The position numbers and the translations under genes are program-made. Source: Thermotogaceae bacterium (GTDB taxonomy: Bacteria; Thermotogota; Thermotogae; B21-G9; HyVt-16). Taken from it: a stretch of 64,000 bases of DNA. Numbering within the stretch: the first letter of the stretch is position 1; the number at the start of each line of letters is the position of its first letter. Below, one piece after another: positions 60,843 through 64,000 of the stretch. Below the pieces are notes generated by a model. The model saw only the letters and a list, made by a program, of their open reading frames with translations. It searched no databases and was not told the origin of the DNA. The stretch spans positions 15,603 through 79,602 of the forward strand of contig JARRBB010000003.1 in NCBI GenBank assembly GCA_029981435.1, in the 5' to 3' direction.

Positions 60843-62569
60843 TAACTTTTCCCTCCTTTTAAATGAGAAAGTAAAATCATTCTCCGTTTCAACAAACTTT
60901 TTCTACTTTCAACATCACTAACCTGTAATTTCCTATCTATCTCACTAATTTCGTTGAGAATACTCTTCCTTCTCAATCTATCTTCGCAATCTAATATGAC
61001 CTTTTCAACGTTGATTTGTTCAATATTGAACATTAAAAGTTTGAAAAACCTATTTGAATGTTTTTCAGGTAATTTTTCAATGATAAGATCTTCAGAAAAA
61101 AATTCTAAATCTTCTATCAAACCTAAAAATGTTTCTCCAAAATCATCGAGAACACTTCTATAATTTCTCAAGGTCTCTATTATTTTTTTCCTTAGAGAAG
61201 GATATTCCAAAAAGATTTTTATCAATAAATCTATTTCGCTTTTGTAATCTTCTTTATTTACATTAGAATCTCTCGGTTTTTCTATTTCAGTTTTTAAGTT
61301 ACTGCTTCGAACAAAAAATGTTCTTGTAACTGTTTCTCTTATTCCAAGTTTAGTGTTTATTATCTCCACCAATCTTTCATATCTAACAGGTCTTTTTTCA
61401 AGCATTTTGAGTGCGAAAGGTTTTATTTTTTTTAAGAACAATTCAATACTTGCGGTATTGTTGAAATCAAGACCTTCTGATAATTCATTCACAAGAAATT
61501 CTTCGTAACCTATCGCGTTTTCTATATATTTCTTTAAATGTTCTTGGTTTCTTTTTTCGAGTATTTCAGAAGCATCTTTGAAATCTTTTAAAACTACTAC
61601 CGCTATGTTGAAATCACTGTCTTCGAGTCTGGGAATAACATTTAAAGTCGATTTTTTCCCAGCCTCATCTGAGTCAAAAAACAGTATAATGTTTTTAGTC
61701 GCTTTCGAAATTCTTTTTATATGGTCCATCGATAAAGCTGTTCCCATAGGTGCAAGTGTATTTTCAAAACCACAAACATTGAGTGCTAAAACATCGAAAT
61801 ATCCCTCCACAACTATAACAAAGTTCACTTCTTTAATCACATCGAATGCTTTGACTGAAGAAAAAAATTCTCTTGATTTTGAAAAAAATGGAGTTTCTGG
61901 AGAATTCAAATACTTGGGCGAATTCAAACTGTTTTTCAAAATGGTTCTACTTCCAAATGCAACTACATCTCCTTTTTCATTAAAAACTGGAAAAGTTAAT
62001 CTTCCACTATGGAAATCAAAACCTTTTGAATTTATCAATCCAAATTTTCTCAAGTCAGAATCGCTGAGATTGAAGTTTTTAGCTTCGAATTTTGCTGAAG
62101 TCGAATTAGGAGAACAAAATCCTATTTTGAATTTTCGGATTATGTTTAAGTCTATTTTCCTTACATTAATCAAATAATTTAGGAGGCCCCTTTGTTTAAA
62201 AACGTTCTTATGATATATTTCGGCCAATCTTGAATATATGTTAACATATTTTGAGTAATAGTCGTTCCGAGAGGAAATTTTTTTCGGTAATTCTATTCCA
62301 GCACGTTGGGCGAGCTTTTGAATTGCTTCTGTAAAGCTTATGTTTTCAATTTCTTGAACGAATTTTATAACATCGCCTGAAGCACCACATCCAAAACAAT
62401 GATAAAATCTTTTTTCAGGATTGACATAGAACGAAGGTGTCTTTTCACTATGAAAAGGACAAAGACCTCGAAAATTTTTTCCAACACGTTGTAAACTTAC
62501 ATATTCTGAAACAATATCCACAATATTCAATTGTGATTTAATGAGTTCTACAGTTTCTTTAGAGAGCAA
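60842..62569 (-). CDS. dnaG: DNA primase
   Basis: Zinc ribbon [22 protein letters not shown] and a Toprim domain (VVEGYFDV .. FDSDEAGKK). TAATG overlap with rpoD. TTG at 62569 (6 nt after GAGGTG) is preferred to the track's GTG at 62590, which lies inside the rpsI terminator stem. Confidence 0.9.
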   Translation of the reverse strand: MLSKETVELIKSQLNIVDIVSEYVSLQRVGKNFRGLCPFHSEKTPSFYVNPEKRFYHCFGCGASGDVIKFVQEIENISFTEAIQKLAQRAGIELPKKISSRNDYYSKYVNIYSRLAEIYHKNVFKQRGLLNYLINVRKIDLNIIRKFKIGFCSPNSTSAKFEAKNFNLSDSDLRKFGLINSKGFDFHSGRLTFPVFNEKGDVVAFGSRTILKNSLNSPKYLNSPETPFFSKSREFFSSVKAFDVIKEVNFVIVVEGYFDVLALNVCGFENTLAPMGTALSMDHIKRISKATKNIILFFDSDEAGKKSTLNVIPRLEDSDFNIAVVVLKDFKDASEILEKRNQEHLKKYIENAIGYEEFLVNELSEGLDFNNTASIELFLKKIKPFALKMLEKRPVRYERLVEIINTKLGIRETVTRTFFVRSSNLKTEIEKPRDSNVNKEDYKSEIDLLIKIFLEYPSLRKKIIETLRNYRSVLDDFGETFLGLIEDLEFFSEDLIIEKLPEKHSNRFFKLLMFNIEQINVEKVILDCEDRLRRKSILNEISEIDRKLQVSDVESRKSLLKRRMILLSHLKGGKS

Positions 62570-62580
62570 TTTTAACACCT

Positions 62581-62616
62581 CAAAAACCACACACTGCTTT
62601 TAAAAACAGTGTGTGG
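62581..62616 (-). terminator. rho-independent terminator after rpsI, abutting the dnaG RBS
   Basis: 10-bp stem CCACACACTG/CAGTGTGTGG followed (minus strand) by TTTTT. Confidence 0.75.
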
Positions 62617-62634
62617 TTTAAATTGGTAAGCAAA

Positions 62635-63033
62635 TTAGCGTTTTGAAAATTGAGGTGCTCTTCTTGCTTTTTTGAGACCGTATTTCTTTCTTTCAACCAT
62701 TCTTGGATCTCTTGTGAGCATACCTTTTTCTTTCAAAGCTTTTCGAAGTTCAGGATTGTATTGAAGTAAAGCCCTTGCAATTCCAAGTCTTACTGCACCA
62801 GCCTGACCGCTTAATCCACCACCATTTACTCTTATTATCATGTCGAACTTACCAGTGGTGTTCGTGACATTGAAAGGCTCAACTATGTGTTGGACAAGTG
62901 TGCTTCTCTGAAAATACTTAATTAAATCATCGTATTCTTTCCCATTTATGATAATCTTGCCATTACCATTTCTCAAAAACACTCTTGCGACTGCGTTTTT
63001 CCTTCTACCAGTTCCATAGTAATTGGTCACCAA
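62635..63033 (-). CDS. rpsI: 30S ribosomal protein S9
   Basis: [12 protein letters not shown] .. [10 protein letters not shown] .. C-terminal [12 protein letters not shown]. Confidence 0.95.
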   Translation of the reverse strand: MVTNYYGTGRRKNAVARVFLRNGNGKIIINGKEYDDLIKYFQRSTLVQHIVEPFNVTNTTGKFDMIIRVNGGGLSGQAGAVRLGIARALLQYNPELRKALKEKGMLTRDPRMVERKKYGLKKARRAPQFSKR

Positions 63034-63050
63034 TTTAAAATCCTCCTTTC

Positions 63051-63485
63051 TTACAGGTCAATAACCTCAGGTTTTTGGGCTTGATGGGGATGTTCAGGAC
63101 CAGCGTAAACCTTCAATTTTTTCAACATTCTCTTACCGAGCTTATTCTTGGGAAGCATTCCCTTGACTGCCTGTTTGATTAAAAACTCAGGATTTTTGCG
63201 AAGAATTTCACCTGCTGTTTTTACTTTTAAATTTCCTAAATAACCACTATGTCTATAATATTTCTTTTCATCCAGCTTTTTACCTGTTAAAACTACTTTT
63301 TCACAATTTGTAACTATCACATAATCACCACAGTCGTTGTTTGGAGTATATTCGGGTTTGTTTTTTCCTTGAAGTATTGCAGCGATTCTGGTGGCAAGAC
63401 GTCCTAAAACTTTGTTTTCAGCATCTATAACATACCATTTCTTATCGACTTCTTCCTTTTTGAAAAACTTCGTTCTATTTTCCAT
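63051..63485 (-). CDS. rplM: 50S ribosomal protein L13
   Basis: [26 protein letters not shown] and YRHSGYLG motifs. Confidence 0.95.
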   Translation of the reverse strand: MENRTKFFKKEEVDKKWYVIDAENKVLGRLATRIAAILQGKNKPEYTPNNDCGDYVIVTNCEKVVLTGKKLDEKKYYRHSGYLGNLKVKTAGEILRKNPEFLIKQAVKGMLPKNKLGKRMLKKLKVYAGPEHPHQAQKPEVIDL

Positions 63486-63500
63486 AGAACCAAACCTCCT

Positions 63501-64000
63501 TCAATCGATATTAGCAGCTCTCACTTCATCCTCAAAAGCTTCGAGTTTAAAGAACGAAGAGACCTTTTTGTAAATCAAAAAAGTAACAGTGGAAGCAATT
63601 AGTGTTTTACCGAAATTGAACAGAGTTATTATCAAGAGGTACTGATTTATTATTACACTTACATCAACGTGAAGATAAATTGGGTAAACTATTAGATTCA
63701 ATATGTCCATGATTGCTATCGTAAGAGCAGAAGCCATTACCATTGAAATTATTGCACGAATCTTGGTTTTTTTTCGGGAATAAAGCAATCCTGCGATTCC
63801 CACAAAGGTAGCTCCCATCATGAAGTTCATGAATATTCCAACAGGTTCTGCGCCTTTTATCATTAAAAACAACAAATCTTTCACCAAAACAGTAACGACT
63901 CCGGCTAATGGACCTATCAAGAACGACGTTATCAAAGCAATGATCTCACTGGCATCGTATTTGAAACCAGGCAAAAACGGTATTGGAATTTCAAAAAGCA
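63501..64000 (-). CDS. ECF transporter S component (RibU/vitamin type); N-terminus lies beyond the window end
   Basis: The frame stays open upstream of the track's Met to the window edge (..FEIPIPFLPGFKYDASEI..). GP..G and multi-TM pattern typical of ECF S components. Confidence 0.6.
   Translation of the reverse strand, partial: LFEIPIPFLPGFKYDASEIIALITSFLIGPLAGVVTVLVKDLLFLMIKGAEPVGIFMNFMMGATFVGIAGLLYSRKKTKIRAIISMVMASALTIAIMDILNLIVYPIYLHVDVSVIINQYLLIITLFNFGKTLIASTVTFLIYKKVSSFFKLEAFEDEVRAANID

Overview
This is a gene-dense, AT-rich chromosomal segment, with about 90% coding and no rRNA, CRISPR, transposase or integrase seen. The proteins are K/E/I-rich and GGAGG(T/G)G ribosome-binding sites are strong. 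The hrcA-grpE-dnaJ operon lacks dnaK, glgA is paired with a galT-like gene, and the membrane pyrophosphatase is the K+-dependent type. Together these fit a member of the Thermotogota, but that assignment is inference, not a database result.

Most of the window is core housekeeping:
- Minus strand, start of window: sigH-like sigma factor, mscS, panB, gltX.
- Plus strand: pepP-efp-asp23-amaP-nusB-fhs, then recN, prfA, mrnC, rlmB.
- nth and pilT (minus strand), then fba, ackA, argF, hppA (plus strand).
- A perfect CIRCE element followed by hrcA-grpE-dnaJ, then priA.
- A TPP riboswitch driving ykoF-thiXYZ.
- A BMP-type nucleoside ABC operon and tRNA-Pro(GGG).
- glgA-galT, a CDF transporter, and pstSCAB-phoU-phoB/R.
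- rplM-rpsI-terminator-dnaG-rpoD, and a partial ECF S-component at the window end.

The most interesting region is 42.0-47.6 kb, a four-gene Pel-type exopolysaccharide module:
- a DUF2194-like secreted protein with CE4 deacetylase motifs;
- an unmistakable PelG;
- a PelD-like TM-GAF-degenerate-GGDEF protein that keeps an RxxD I-site;
- a PelE-like membrane/helical-repeat protein.
No PelF glycosyltransferase is present in the window.

Secondary oddities:
- A DUF362/ferredoxin gene whose conserved N-terminus has no canonical start codon. The best candidate is ATC behind a good SD.
- A gene split by a -1 frame change at an A6 run.
- A DUF2089 / 2 small TM / DUF4097 envelope-stress-like operon. 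It shares a short helical module with a third locus.
- A 659-aa orphan polytopic membrane protein heading the nucleoside-transporter operon, next to a divergent MarR.
- An orphan ThiS/MoaD-like GG protein.
- A PanG-like DUF2520 gene coupled to panB.
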